Origin: Candidatus Omnitrophota bacterium
GTDB lineage: Bacteria; Omnitrophota; Gorgyraeia; Zapsychrales; Fredricksoniimonadaceae
Reading direction: 5' to 3'
NCBI GenBank assembly: GCA_903908245.1
Contig: CAIVRE010000011.1
Location: 2,411-66,410, forward strand
Length of the DNA stretch: 64,000 bases
The notes under the pieces were generated by a model, which had not been told where the DNA came from, made no database searches, and saw only the letters and a list, made by a program, of their open reading frames with translations. The translations under genes and the position numbers were made by a program. This document shows, piece by piece, positions 1 through 9,573 of this stretch (its first letter is position 1; each line of letters starts with the position of its first letter).

Positions 1-1
1 G

Positions 2-409
2 ATCGGCAAGGAACAGATCGATTTTATTGAAGAGCCTTGCAGCGGGCAGAATGATCACGAGAAGTTCTTCAGGCGTACGGATATGCCTTGGGCGGTTGAA
101 GCGCATTCTTCCGTGCGTCCTTTGAGCGATTGGGAGGGGATCCAGGGGCTTAAAGCCGTGGTCATTAAACCGATGCTTTCGGGAGGGATCAACGGTTTCT
201 TGTCGGTCAAGGACATTGCTTATCGCCTGGGCGCACAGGTGGTCGTGAGTTCATTATTTGAAACTTCGGTAGGGTTTAGAATGCTGGCGAATTGCGCGGC
301 ATTGACGGACACTTGCTGCGGCCTTGGGACAGCGGACTGGTTCGGATCGCCCGCCGCGGGGATCATGCAAAAAGGCGGATTGATCCCGCCGGTCAATTTG
401 ATCGCGTAA
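2..409 (+). CDS. 5'-truncated enolase-superfamily protein, o-succinylbenzoate synthase (MenC)-like C-terminus
   Basis: In-frame from window edge; C-terminal MR/MLE-type motif (KPMLSGGI); followed by MenE and a hotdog thioesterase, fitting a menaquinone operon. Confidence 0.55.
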   Translation: MGKEQIDFIEEPCSGQNDHEKFFRRTDMPWAVEAHSSVRPLSDWEGIQGLKAVVIKPMLSGGINGFLSVKDIAYRLGAQVVVSSLFETSVGFRMLANCAALTDTCCGLGTADWFGSPAAGIMQKGGLIPPVNLIA

Positions 410-412
410 ACT

Positions 413-1768
413 ATGCACCCTTTGGATAGTGCCAGCAATGAAGCGATGGTCTGGAATGACCGGGTATTTTCCTGGTCGCTTCTTGATGAGTATGTTCACA
501 GCACGTCACGCCGTTTAAAGGAGATCGGCGTTAAATATGGGGCAAGGGTGCTGGTTGAAGCGGTGCCGTCGGCCGGGACAGTGATCGTTCTTCTTTCGCT
601 TTGGCATATTGGCGCGGTTGCCTGTCCTTTTGACCCCAGGTTACCGGAAGGCCTGGCGCAGGCGATACGGCGAAAGGTCGCCCCTTTTCTTCTTTTGACC
701 GCGTCTTCTTCCGACAAGCGTTTTCCAGGCCTGCGCACGTTCATGACCGATGATGTTATTTGTCTTGAACCGGTGGAAAGGTTTATGGCGGGATCCTCGG
801 GGAGTAATGGCCTCTCCGACGGGAGGGAGGCCACCGTCCTTTTTACCAGCGGGTCGAGCGGCGATCCAAAAGCGGTCCTGCATACATTCAAGGCGCATTG
901 GATGAACGCCAAAGGAGCGGGGCAGGTCATTCCGTTTGCCGCAGGGGATCGCTGGCTTATGGCGTTGCCTTTACATCGTATTTCCGGGATCGCCGTGATC
1001 TTTCGGGCGTTGTACGGCAGGGGGGCAATGGTCCTGCCGGGCAAGAATTTTCCGGATATCGCGGATGCGATATTGAAATACAAACCTACCCATATTTCCC
1101 TCGTTTCCTCACAATTCCTGCGCCTTCTCGAAGTTCTTCCCCAAGAGGCCTGGAAGCCTTTAAAAGCTGTTTTGATCGGAGGGGCTCCGGTTCCCGAACG
1201 ATTAATGGAAAGAGCGGCGCAATATTCTCTTCCTGTTTTTCTTACTTATGGCATGACCGAGACAGGGTCTCAGATCGCGACCAGTCCGCTCAATGAGGCG
1301 CGGGAATGCGGTGGCGCGAGGGTGATCCCTTTCAGGGAGGTCAATCTTATCAACGGGGAGATCTGTGTCCGGGGGGATATTCTTTTTAAAGGTTATATTG
1401 ACGGAGATGATACGGAGATCCCTTTGGATGAGAATGGCTGGTTCCATACCGGGGATGAGGGGACATTTGCCCCTCCTTTCCTGACGGTAACGGGCCGCAG
1501 GGACCGGATGTTCATATCCGGTGGAGAAAATGTTTTTCCCGAGGTGATCGAGAAAGCGCTTTTGAGCCTTGATCAGGTCGTTTCCGCCAGGGTTGAGCCA
1601 AAAGATGATCCTTTGTTCGGCCGTGTATCCAAAGCGTATATTCGTCTTAAACAAGGCGTTGCGTTTGATGACACGCAGTTTAAAAGGTTGTTAAAGGAGC
1701 GCCTTTTTCCGTTCCAGGTCCCGAAAGAGTTCATTGTTGACCCAGACTATCCGTTCCCGGAAAAATGA
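413..1768 (+). CDS. menE: o-succinylbenzoate--CoA ligase-like AMP-binding enzyme
   Basis: AMP-binding motifs TSGSSGDPKAV, TYGMTETGS, GWFHTGD; 3-nt gap after MenC-like gene. Confidence 0.7.
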   Translation: MHPLDSASNEAMVWNDRVFSWSLLDEYVHSTSRRLKEIGVKYGARVLVEAVPSAGTVIVLLSLWHIGAVACPFDPRLPEGLAQAIRRKVAPFLLLTASSSDKRFPGLRTFMTDDVICLEPVERFMAGSSGSNGLSDGREATVLFTSGSSGDPKAVLHTFKAHWMNAKGAGQVIPFAAGDRWLMALPLHRISGIAVIFRALYGRGAMVLPGKNFPDIADAILKYKPTHISLVSSQFLRLLEVLPQEAWKPLKAVLIGGAPVPERLMERAAQYSLPVFLTYGMTETGSQIATSPLNEARECGGARVIPFREVNLINGEICVRGDILFKGYIDGDDTEIPLDENGWFHTGDEGTFAPPFLTVTGRRDRMFISGGENVFPEVIEKALLSLDQVVSARVEPKDDPLFGRVSKAYIRLKQGVAFDDTQFKRLLKERLFPFQVPKEFIVDPDYPFPEK

Positions 1769-2187
1769 TTCGCAGGAGAAAAGCCATGTTCGAATATAAA
1801 ACACAGATCTTTATTCACCATACCGATGCGGCCGGCCGTTTGTTCTTTGCGAACCAGTTCTATCTTATTCATGAGGCCAAAGAAAGATTTCTTGAGTCGC
1901 TGGGGCTTTCCATCAGACACATTTTGGATGATCCCAGGTTCACTTTCCCTTTGGTTCATGCCGAATCGGATTATAAAGCCCTGCTCCAGGCAGGTGACAG
2001 GATCACCATCCGTGCCGGCATAGAAAGGATCGGGGAGACGTCGGTTACGTTCATTTTCTCTATTTTTAAGGCTGACGGCTCTTTGGCAGGGACTTCCCGG
2101 ACTGTCAGCGTTGCTGTTGATCGAAAAACCCAGGCCAAGACGCGTATTCCTGCGGAGTGGCGGGTAAAGTTTGAACGAGCGATTTAA
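1765..2187 (+). CDS. hotdog-fold (4HBT/YbgC-like) acyl-CoA thioesterase, possible DHNA-CoA hydrolase
   Basis: 140 aa, 4HBT-like sequence; 4-nt overlap with menE; menaquinone context. Confidence 0.55.
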   Translation: MIRRRKAMFEYKTQIFIHHTDAAGRLFFANQFYLIHEAKERFLESLGLSIRHILDDPRFTFPLVHAESDYKALLQAGDRITIRAGIERIGETSVTFIFSIFKADGSLAGTSRTVSVAVDRKTQAKTRIPAEWRVKFERAI

Positions 2188-2199
2188 TTCGTCTCTGCC

Positions 2200-2228
2200 T
2201 TGCAATATATTGTTATAAATGTTATCTT
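2200..2228 (+). promoter_or_regulatory. putative sigma70-like promoter (TTGCAA-17-TATCTT) upstream of large secreted protein gene
   Basis: -35 TTGCAA at 2200-2205, 17-nt spacer, -10 TATCTT at 2223-2228; AT-rich region. Confidence 0.3.
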
Positions 2229-2266
2229 CTAGTATTCAATGACATTTTCCTGCTATGGAGATACTC

Positions 2267-5200
2267 ATGAAGAAAATCGTTTCTTTGTTTCTTGCCTTAA
2301 TCCTTTCGGTTAACCCTGTTATCGTTCATGCGGATGTTCTTGCAGCGGCCCTTCAATTGCCGGCTCCCGGTGTTATGGTCGGCTTGTCGGAGGCATTTAC
2401 GCCTTCTCTTCTGCGGGGCATGATCATTCATCCGGACAAGCCACTTCAATTTGACTTTATCGTTGATCATGGGGACAGCCGTCTTGAGGGAGATGCTTTT
2501 TCTGCGGAATCCCAACGGATGGTGAATTATTTTCTTGCTTCCCTGACCACTCCTCAGAAGGACCTTTGGGTCAACCTTTCACCGGTGGAACAGGATCGTA
2601 TTATTCCTGACGCTCTTATCAGAACGGAACTCGGGAGGGACCTCCTGGCGCAGGATTATATGTTAAAACAGATCACGGCGTCATTGATCTATCCGGAGAG
2701 TGACCTTGGCAAGGGGTTTTGGAAGAGGATCTATGATGAGGCTTACCAGAAATTCGGAGTGACGGAGATCCCTGTGGATGTGTTCAATAAGGTATGGATC
2801 GTTCCCCAGACCGCATCGGTTTTTGAAAAAGGCAATGCGGTTTATATTGTGAGCGCCCATTTGAAAGTCATGCTTGAGGCGGATTATTTTGCCCAGGGAG
2901 CCGAAGGCAATAAAGAACAAGTTTCGGAGGAGGCCGCTCCGGTGGAGGGGCTTTCAAAGCAGGTATTGCGGGAGGTTATTGTCCCGGCGATCGAAAAAGA
3001 GGTCAATCAGGGGAAGAATTTTGCAAAACTCCGTCAGGTTGTTTATGCCATGGTGCTGGCGCAATGGTATCAGGAAGTGCTCAAAGAAAGTGTGTTGAAC
3101 AAGGTTTATTCCGGCCGGAATAAAGTGGCGGGGATCGACCTGAGTGACCCGAAGAATAAAGAGGTCATTTATCAGCAATATATGGACGCCTATAAGAAGG
3201 GCGTGTTCAACTATATTAAGGAAGAGAATGACCGTGTTACAAATGAGCCTGTTCCGAAAAAGTATTTCTCCGGCGGGTTTCAGGAACAGCCGGTTGCCCG
3301 GACCCCTGTAACAGAGGCGGCGCTGGGTTCGTCGGTAAATGATACGGAAGTTTCCCGGGTCATGGTCGAGATCGGACGTTCTGGCGAAGAGTCACAGGGT
3401 GAAATACCGCAAGCCGATGCCCCGAATGCATCGCAAAAAACCGAATCCCATCAGGATTGGAGTAGCCCGGACCGTCCGATCGCTTTGTTGGAAGAGTTGA
3501 GGGACTGTTGGAAGGGCGGCGGGTTTGATCGTGCCAGGATGTTGCAGTTCCTGGCGGAATATTCGCCGCAAGTGGAGCGTGAGACGGATCTGTATCCGGT
3601 AGAGGCTCCGTGGCCGGTGTTCAAAGCGTTTGCCTTGCTGACAAAGGCACAGAAGAAAGAAATGGTGCAGGCTCTCCAGGAGGAGTTCCAGGGGAAAAAG
3701 ATGACACCATTGGTCGAGGGGCTCCTGCTTGTTAATAATATTTATTCGAAAGACTGGGTAAAGGGGCGGACGCCGCATCTTCTTAGAAAACAGGTTTATT
3801 TGATAGCGGCAGAGATCCATCACTGGGCCGGCGGCCTTGGCCCGGTCATGAAGTTCCTGGGGAAAATGATGAAAGAACTGGGAGTGAACGCGGCCTATAT
3901 TGCGCCATGGTATCAGAATACGCGGGAGAACGGTAAGACGGTAAGCCTGGATTATTTCAAGAACGCCGGGGTTACGATCACGAATGAGGACCTTGATGAG
4001 TTCCAGGTCGAGGTGGGGGACTTGAGGGATGAGAATCTGATCCATCATCTTAATGTTAAAGTCGCGGAAGGGATCGACGAGAACGGGGTTACGGTCTATA
4101 TGTTCAAGGATGTCGGGGCGGATGGCAAGTCCCGGTATACGAACATGCTTTATAATTATGATCAGGAATATAATTATTATTTAACAAAAGAAGAGTCCAT
4201 GGCTTTTATTAACGTGGCGAGCGCGAAGTTGCTGCTGCGTCTGGAAGAAAAGAGGAAGAGGGAGGATCCGAAGGCTGAGCCGGCAGTTGTCCATTCCAAT
4301 GACGGTCAATTTGCGCCTTTGCAAGCGGTTACGATGAGCTGGTACGGGCGGCGGAGCGTCATCAAGGATATTGTGTGGGCATTTACGACGCATACGTATT
4401 TGAACCGGGGGAATAATGATAATGTCTCGTGGGGGATCGGGACCTTTTTGAAGCATATGATGGGGGTCACGGGGCGTTATGTTAATGCGTTCCGGCAGTA
4501 CAAGCGTTTTGGCCCCAAGGATGGGTCGTTGACCCAGGGCGCGGAATTCATTGACCATACCAGTGGCGGCGTGGGGTTGGCGGATGTTGTCCTTGCGGTT
4601 GCCGGTCAGCATCGTGACCGGGTGGCGCAGGTTGACAGCGGGACGCCGATCAGGGCGGCTACCAATGGAGCAGCTCCGGAGGAAATGGCAAAGTATCTTA
4701 ATCTGGAACTCAAGGCAATGGGCGCCGATCTTGAGGACCCGACGGCAGCGCAGATAGCGCAAGCCAAAAGGGCCAGCAAGAAAAATCTTAACGAGGCGGG
4801 GATCAAAAGGCATAACGGGAAGATATTCCATGTGGATGAGGATGCGGTCCTGATCGGGTGTGCCAGGCGAGGGGTTTTTGAGAAATCGGGGATCTATGAT
4901 GCTTTTACGCGCAGGAATCTTTATCGTCTTGCGCAGGGGATCCTGGACAGGAAGCATCTCGAGATCAAGTTCGCGAAGTTGTCGCTGGATGGAGGAAGTA
5001 TTTTCGATTGGTTGTTGCGCAGCGGGTATTTGAAAACAGTCGCAGTGACACAGGAAGGCCGTTATTACGATACGGAAAAAGAATATTCTGCGACTGAGGG
5101 GCGGTTGTACGGCGTCGATATGTCGGCGTTGAGGAGTAGCCTGGAGAAGGAGTATCCCGGGAAAGCCCGGCAGATCTTTGATGTTTTGCAAAGGGTGCTC

Positions 5201-6766
5201 AACAGAAGAAAAGCGAGTGTGGGGCCGTTCCTCAATGATCAGGGGGGCGGCAGTGTCGGAGTTTTAAGGTATTTTGGCCCTCTGGAGATGGAAATAGAAA
5301 AAGCCAAAGCTGAATCTCCGGATCAATTCCCGGGTGATTTTCAGCTGGTCAGTTCTTTTGTTGCGGAAAACAAGAAGAGAGAGTTGTCCGGTGCCGATGC
5401 GGATGTCAAGTCGTCCTGGCTGGGGGCGAATGAGGTGACGGAGGAAGATATTGCCGCGAATGGCGGGATCCAGATCGGGACCGATGAGGGGGCGATCATA
5501 AGGCAGGGGATCCGTTTAACGGAAGACCATCCTGGCAATGTTCTGCCTGCGTCCAGCGAGGATGGTTTTTGGGAATCGTTCCTGACCATACTGGAAATGA
5601 CGCCGGAAGAGCTCTCCGAGAATCAGCGGGTTTCTTATCAGTTGGGAAGGACGGTCATGCTGGCAGTGCGTACGGCGGGTGTTAATGCGGAGGCGTATGA
5701 AGATGTTCTGGCGCGCAGGGAGAGGGAGTCCAAAGCAGACACGAAGGCACGGGTTGTGATCGTTGATGGTTTGAAGGGGGACGGAGCGTTGGTGAAGAGT
5801 ATCCTGGAACAGGGCCGTAATGGCGTGAAGGCAAGTTTTGTGTTCCAGGTCAAAGACCAGGGGCGGTTCCCGGCCGATGAGGCGAACAAGCTTAATGGTT
5901 TGAGAAGTTTTATTGAGAAAAAGAACGCCTTGGAAGAGATCTATGGGTATGATTCGCTGCTGGGCCATTTTAAGAGCGGGGACTTTCAAAGATATTTGCT
6001 GGAATTGTTCAGCAAGCTTGATTCCGTCAGCACGTTGAGAGATTGGCTGGCTGCGTTGGACAAGGGGTCCGGGACCGAGATCGAGAAGTACAAGCGCTTC
6101 GGGAGATTCCTCGAAGACCTGGAGGCGGCCCTGGAAGACAGGGTGACCGTCATCACGGTGGACCAGGCAAAGGCGAAATTCCTGTTGGGTGAGGCCGGCG
6201 GTCAGGGCATGAATTTCATCTGGAGAAGCAATATGGGCAATGAGTTGGACCGTAACGGCCCGGGGTTGCTGGCGTTTGTTGATGCTTTTGACCGGATCCA
6301 GGAGCGGCGGGATCGGGAAGATGTCCTGCGGTTCCACAGTATGAACGGGTCGTCGCATATTTTGACTTATTTAAGGGATATTTTAAAAACTGACCCGTTG
6401 ATGGCGGGGTTGCAGTATAAGGTTGAGCAGATGCTGGCGTTGATCGGGAATATCCCGGCGAATCATGTTGAGGAACGGATCGACCTCACTTTCCAAATGA
6501 TGGCCCAGTTGCGGCATTATACGGGGGTCCTGGAGAAGATCGCGGATCCTGCGGGAAAGACAGGAACGGATCCGGTGGACGTCGCGGCCACGGCGGATAC
6601 CGGGGGTATCGATGCCCGTAATATCGGCGTGGACCGTCGGGGGGATCTTGTACCAGGGGTTCTGAGCGATCGGGCCCTTGAGGAGGTGCTGATGAATACG
6701 CCGGGTTTGCGCGGGGTTATCGTCAGTATTACCCCGATCGTGGATCTGCCTGCGATCCTGAAATAA
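2267..6766 (+). CDS. giant (~1500 aa) signal-peptide protein with central alpha-glucan phosphorylase (GT35)-like domain
   Basis: Second in-frame ATG at 2267 gives classic signal peptide MKKIVSLFLALILSVNPVIVHA (ORF track start 2255). Central motifs AGGLGPV...YIAPWYQ and HSNDGQFAPL resemble the GT35 SGGLGVLAGDH and HLNEGHAAF motifs. N- and C-terminal parts unrecognised. Confidence 0.6.
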   Translation: MKKIVSLFLALILSVNPVIVHADVLAAALQLPAPGVMVGLSEAFTPSLLRGMIIHPDKPLQFDFIVDHGDSRLEGDAFSAESQRMVNYFLASLTTPQKDLWVNLSPVEQDRIIPDALIRTELGRDLLAQDYMLKQITASLIYPESDLGKGFWKRIYDEAYQKFGVTEIPVDVFNKVWIVPQTASVFEKGNAVYIVSAHLKVMLEADYFAQGAEGNKEQVSEEAAPVEGLSKQVLREVIVPAIEKEVNQGKNFAKLRQVVYAMVLAQWYQEVLKESVLNKVYSGRNKVAGIDLSDPKNKEVIYQQYMDAYKKGVFNYIKEENDRVTNEPVPKKYFSGGFQEQPVARTPVTEAALGSSVNDTEVSRVMVEIGRSGEESQGEIPQADAPNASQKTESHQDWSSPDRPIALLEELRDCWKGGGFDRARMLQFLAEYSPQVERETDLYPVEAPWPVFKAFALLTKAQKKEMVQALQEEFQGKKMTPLVEGLLLVNNIYSKDWVKGRTPHLLRKQVYLIAAEIHHWAGGLGPVMKFLGKMMKELGVNAAYIAPWYQNTRENGKTVSLDYFKNAGVTITNEDLDEFQVEVGDLRDENLIHHLNVKVAEGIDENGVTVYMFKDVGADGKSRYTNMLYNYDQEYNYYLTKEESMAFINVASAKLLLRLEEKRKREDPKAEPAVVHSNDGQFAPLQAVTMSWYGRRSVIKDIVWAFTTHTYLNRGNNDNVSWGIGTFLKHMMGVTGRYVNAFRQYKRFGPKDGSLTQGAEFIDHTSGGVGLADVVLAVAGQHRDRVAQVDSGTPIRAATNGAAPEEMAKYLNLELKAMGADLEDPTAAQIAQAKRASKKNLNEAGIKRHNGKIFHVDEDAVLIGCARRGVFEKSGIYDAFTRRNLYRLAQGILDRKHLEIKFAKLSLDGGSIFDWLLRSGYLKTVAVTQEGRYYDTEKEYSATEGRLYGVDMSALRSSLEKEYPGKARQIFDVLQRVLNRRKASVGPFLNDQGGGSVGVLRYFGPLEMEIEKAKAESPDQFPGDFQLVSSFVAENKKRELSGADADVKSSWLGANEVTEEDIAANGGIQIGTDEGAIIRQGIRLTEDHPGNVLPASSEDGFWESFLTILEMTPEELSENQRVSYQLGRTVMLAVRTAGVNAEAYEDVLARRERESKADTKARVVIVDGLKGDGALVKSILEQGRNGVKASFVFQVKDQGRFPADEANKLNGLRSFIEKKNALEEIYGYDSLLGHFKSGDFQRYLLELFSKLDSVSTLRDWLAALDKGSGTEIEKYKRFGRFLEDLEAALEDRVTVITVDQAKAKFLLGEAGGQGMNFIWRSNMGNELDRNGPGLLAFVDAFDRIQERRDREDVLRFHSMNGSSHILTYLRDILKTDPLMAGLQYKVEQMLALIGNIPANHVEERIDLTFQMMAQLRHYTGVLEKIADPAGKTGTDPVDVAATADTGGIDARNIGVDRRGDLVPGVLSDRALEEVLMNTPGLRGVIVSITPIVDLPAILK

Positions 6767-6775
6767 AGATAAAGA

Positions 6776-6828
6776 AAAGGCGCGCTATTTTTACATTGAG
6801 AATGTAATGATAGCGCGCTTTATTTCTT
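6776..6828. terminator. bidirectional rho-independent terminator between convergent large-protein gene and ilvN
   Basis: Hairpin GGCGCGCTA...TAGCGCGC with inner hairpin TTACAT-TGAGA-ATGTAA (6779-6818), A-tract upstream and T-tract downstream. Confidence 0.6.
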
Positions 6829-6829
6829 G

Positions 6830-7327
6830 TTACGTTGTTTCTTTTCCCTTGAGCATCAGGAGTTTGCCTGTCCTCACCACTTCAATGAGCCCGTATCTGG
6901 TCATCAGGGTTTCCAGGGCATTGAGTTCTTCCGTTGATCCGGTATGGGCAAGGATCATAAGCCTGTCCGTCTCGTCCACGACCTTGGCATGCTGTTCTTT
7001 GGCGTGCTTGAGGATGATCGTCCGGTAGGAAGGCGTCACTTTCACTTTGAGAAGGGAAAGTTCGCGGTCCACCGCGTTGGAGGTGTCGTGTTCGCTGGCA
7101 TGGATGACATCGATCAGTTTATTGACCTGTTTGATGATCTGCTCGAGGATCGTCGGGTCTCCCTTGGCCGTTATGGTCATGCGCGAGAATTTCGGGTTGT
7201 GGACGGGCGAGACCACCAGGGAGTCGATGTTGTAGCCGCGCCGTGCGAACACGAGCGCCACGCGCACCAGTACGCCGGGCTTATTGGCCACCAGGATACT
7301 TAATGTATGGATATCGGTCGATTTCAT
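6830..7327 (-). CDS. ilvN: acetolactate synthase small (regulatory) subunit
   Basis: ACT-domain protein, ILVANKPGVL motif typical of IlvN/IlvH; directly downstream of ilvB. Confidence 0.85.
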   Translation of the reverse strand: MKSTDIHTLSILVANKPGVLVRVALVFARRGYNIDSLVVSPVHNPKFSRMTITAKGDPTILEQIIKQVNKLIDVIHASEHDTSNAVDRELSLLKVKVTPSYRTIILKHAKEQHAKVVDETDRLMILAHTGSTEELNALETLMTRYGLIEVVRTGKLLMLKGKETT

Positions 7328-7341
7328 AGGGTTCCCTTTTA

Positions 7342-9072
7342 TTATGTCGAACCTGTTGGTTTTTCCATTTTGGTCTTCGGCGCTTCAATGATCATGTGGT
7401 ACGCTGACTTTCCCGCCGGGACCATGGGAAAGACATTCCCCTCTTTGATGACCTCCGCGTGAATTAGGGCTGGCCCGGGATGCTTCATGGCCTGTTCCAG
7501 CACCGATTTGCATTCGTCGACTTTCGAAATGTGGAATCCTTTGATCCCGTAAGCTTCGGCCAGTTTCACAAAGTCGGGGTTGCCTTTAAGGTCAACGCCG
7601 GAAAGCCTGTTGTCGAAGAACAGTTCCTGCCACTGGCGAACCATCCCTAAATATTTGTTATCGATGACGACCACTTTCACCGGTTGTTTGTTGACAGCGG
7701 CGGTCGCGAGTTCACACAATGTCATCTGGAAGCCGCCGTCGCCGACGATCGCCACCACCAGTTCGCCGGGGCGTCCGAACTGTGCGCCGATGGCCGAAGG
7801 GAACCCGAAACCCATGGTGCCGGCGCCGCCGGAAGAGATCCAGTTCACTCCGCGGTCGGTTTTGTAAAATTGCGCGGCCCACATCTGATGCTGGCCCACA
7901 TCTGTTGTTACGACCGCCTTTCCCTTTGTGACGTGATAAAGGTCATCGATCACGCGCTGGGCCGTCAGGCCTTCCGCGTCGGAATAATGCAGGGGGAATT
8001 CCTGTTTGTAGAATTCGAGTTCTTTTAGCCAGTCCGCGGTATTGAGCGGGCTCACATGTTTGAGCAATTCTTCGGCGATCATTTTGGCGTCACCGATGAT
8101 CGAGAGGTCCGGCTTCACGATCTTGTTGATCTCGGCCGGGTCGATGTCGATATGGATCTTTTTGGCGCCGATACAGAACTCGTCGTTGTTGCCGTTGATG
8201 CGGTCGTCCCAGCGGCAGCCGATCGAGCAGATCAGGTCGCAGGAGGTGAGCGCTTTATTGGCGTAGGCCGTACCGTGCATCCCGAGCATCCCCAGTGAAA
8301 GGGGGTGGGATTCCGGAAAGCCGCCTTTACCCAGCAGGGTCATGGTGACCGGGCAACGCATTTTTTCCGCCAGGGCTTTAATGATGTTGTCTGCGCCCGC
8401 GATGACGGCCCCGTGGCCGATCAACAGGAGCGGTTTTTTGGATTGTTTGAACATCTTGGCCAGTTTGACGATGTCCGTTTTATTCCCTTTGCCCGGGAAT
8501 GAGTAGCCGGGCAGGTCCATTTCCGCATCCAGGGACCCGGTAAAGGCGCCGGCGGTCATGTCTTTGGGAAGGTCAATGAGGACGGGCCCTGGCCGGCCGG
8601 TCGAGGCGATATGAAAAGCTTCTTTGATAATGCGCGGGATCGAGTTGATCTCCTTGACCAGGTAGCTGTGTTTGACCACGGGCATGGTGATGCCCGAGAT
8701 ATCTGCTTCCTGGAAGGCGTCTTTCCCGAGCATGGGCGAAATGGTCTGCCCGCAGAGCACCACGATCGGGATCGAATCCATCATGGCGGTCATGATGCCG
8801 GTGACGGCGTTGGTGGCGCCGGGGCCGGAGGTCACGAGCGCCACTCCGACTTTCCCTGTGGCGCGCGCGTAGCCGTCGGCCATATGAGTGGCACCCTGTT
8901 CATGGCGCACCAGGATGGTCTTGATCTTTGATCCGTAGAGCGCATCGAACAGCGGGATCGCTGCGCCGCCGGGAAGGCCGAAGATGTATTGCACGCCATG
9001 GGCTTCCAGGCCTTTGATCAGGGCCTCGGCGCCGGTCATGGTGGCGTTGGACTTTGGGGTTTTCTTTGACAT
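7342..9072 (-). CDS. ilvB: acetolactate synthase large subunit (TPP-dependent)
   Basis: 576 aa; TPP/FAD acetolactate synthase signature regions (GGAAIPLFDAL, GDG...); RBS AAGGA upstream. Confidence 0.9.
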   Translation of the reverse strand: MSKKTPKSNATMTGAEALIKGLEAHGVQYIFGLPGGAAIPLFDALYGSKIKTILVRHEQGATHMADGYARATGKVGVALVTSGPGATNAVTGIMTAMMDSIPIVVLCGQTISPMLGKDAFQEADISGITMPVVKHSYLVKEINSIPRIIKEAFHIASTGRPGPVLIDLPKDMTAGAFTGSLDAEMDLPGYSFPGKGNKTDIVKLAKMFKQSKKPLLLIGHGAVIAGADNIIKALAEKMRCPVTMTLLGKGGFPESHPLSLGMLGMHGTAYANKALTSCDLICSIGCRWDDRINGNNDEFCIGAKKIHIDIDPAEINKIVKPDLSIIGDAKMIAEELLKHVSPLNTADWLKELEFYKQEFPLHYSDAEGLTAQRVIDDLYHVTKGKAVVTTDVGQHQMWAAQFYKTDRGVNWISSGGAGTMGFGFPSAIGAQFGRPGELVVAIVGDGGFQMTLCELATAAVNKQPVKVVVIDNKYLGMVRQWQELFFDNRLSGVDLKGNPDFVKLAEAYGIKGFHISKVDECKSVLEQAMKHPGPALIHAEVIKEGNVFPMVPAGKSAYHMIIEAPKTKMEKPTGST

Positions 9073-9172
9073 ATTGTTTTCCTTTTCTTGGTGGAAACCC
9101 CTTCACCCCGATGGCCTATTGGCCATCAGGAGGTTCAGGGACATTTTGTGAAGAATCCTTCACAAAAAGAAA

Positions 9173-9200
9173 GGCGCTGACTTTGTCAGCGCCTTTTCTC
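9173..9200 (-). terminator. rho-independent terminator downstream of ferredoxin gene (minus strand)
   Basis: Perfect hairpin GGCGCTGAC-TTT-GTCAGCGCC at 9173-9193, flanked by A-tract (plus) and T-tract; on minus-strand RNA followed by UUUCUUUUU. Confidence 0.65.
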
Positions 9201-9218
9201 TGATCATTTCCCGCTTTA

Positions 9219-9494
9219 TTATTTCTTGAGCGGATCTTTTTTTGTGTTGATCATCGGAAGTGAAGGCGCTTTATCCTTGTTAAGCGCTACGTATTTCGCC
9301 CATTGGGCTGGTACGTCGCCATCAGGATAGATCGCCTGTACCGGGCATTCCGAAACGCAGGCGCCGCAATCGATGCAGACTTCAGGGTCGATCACGAGCA
9401 TATTGGCATCCTCGCGGAAAGCTTCCACGGGGCAGACAACGCAGCAATGGGTGTTACGGCAATTCACACAGGGTTCACAAACGACATGTGCCAT
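9219..9494 (-). CDS. 7Fe (3Fe-4S + 4Fe-4S) ferredoxin, Azotobacter FdxA-like
   Basis: CxxCxxxC...CP and CIDCGACVSECP motifs; C-terminal KKDPL tail as in FdxA family. Confidence 0.8.
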   Translation of the reverse strand: MAHVVCEPCVNCRNTHCCVVCPVEAFREDANMLVIDPEVCIDCGACVSECPVQAIYPDGDVPAQWAKYVALNKDKAPSLPMINTKKDPLKK

Positions 9495-9573
9495 CTGAAA
9501 TTCCTCCAGTTAGTTGATCAGAAATAACAGCTGAGAAAATATAACAGACCGGCAGGGGATTGTCAAAATAAAT

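Noticed and set aside
3392-5191. Long minus-strand ORFs (218 and 336 aa) inside the giant + strand gene
   Set aside because: Antisense shadow ORFs typical of high-GC coding DNA. They have low-complexity R/P/L-rich translations, no start context, and are fully embedded in a well-supported gene.
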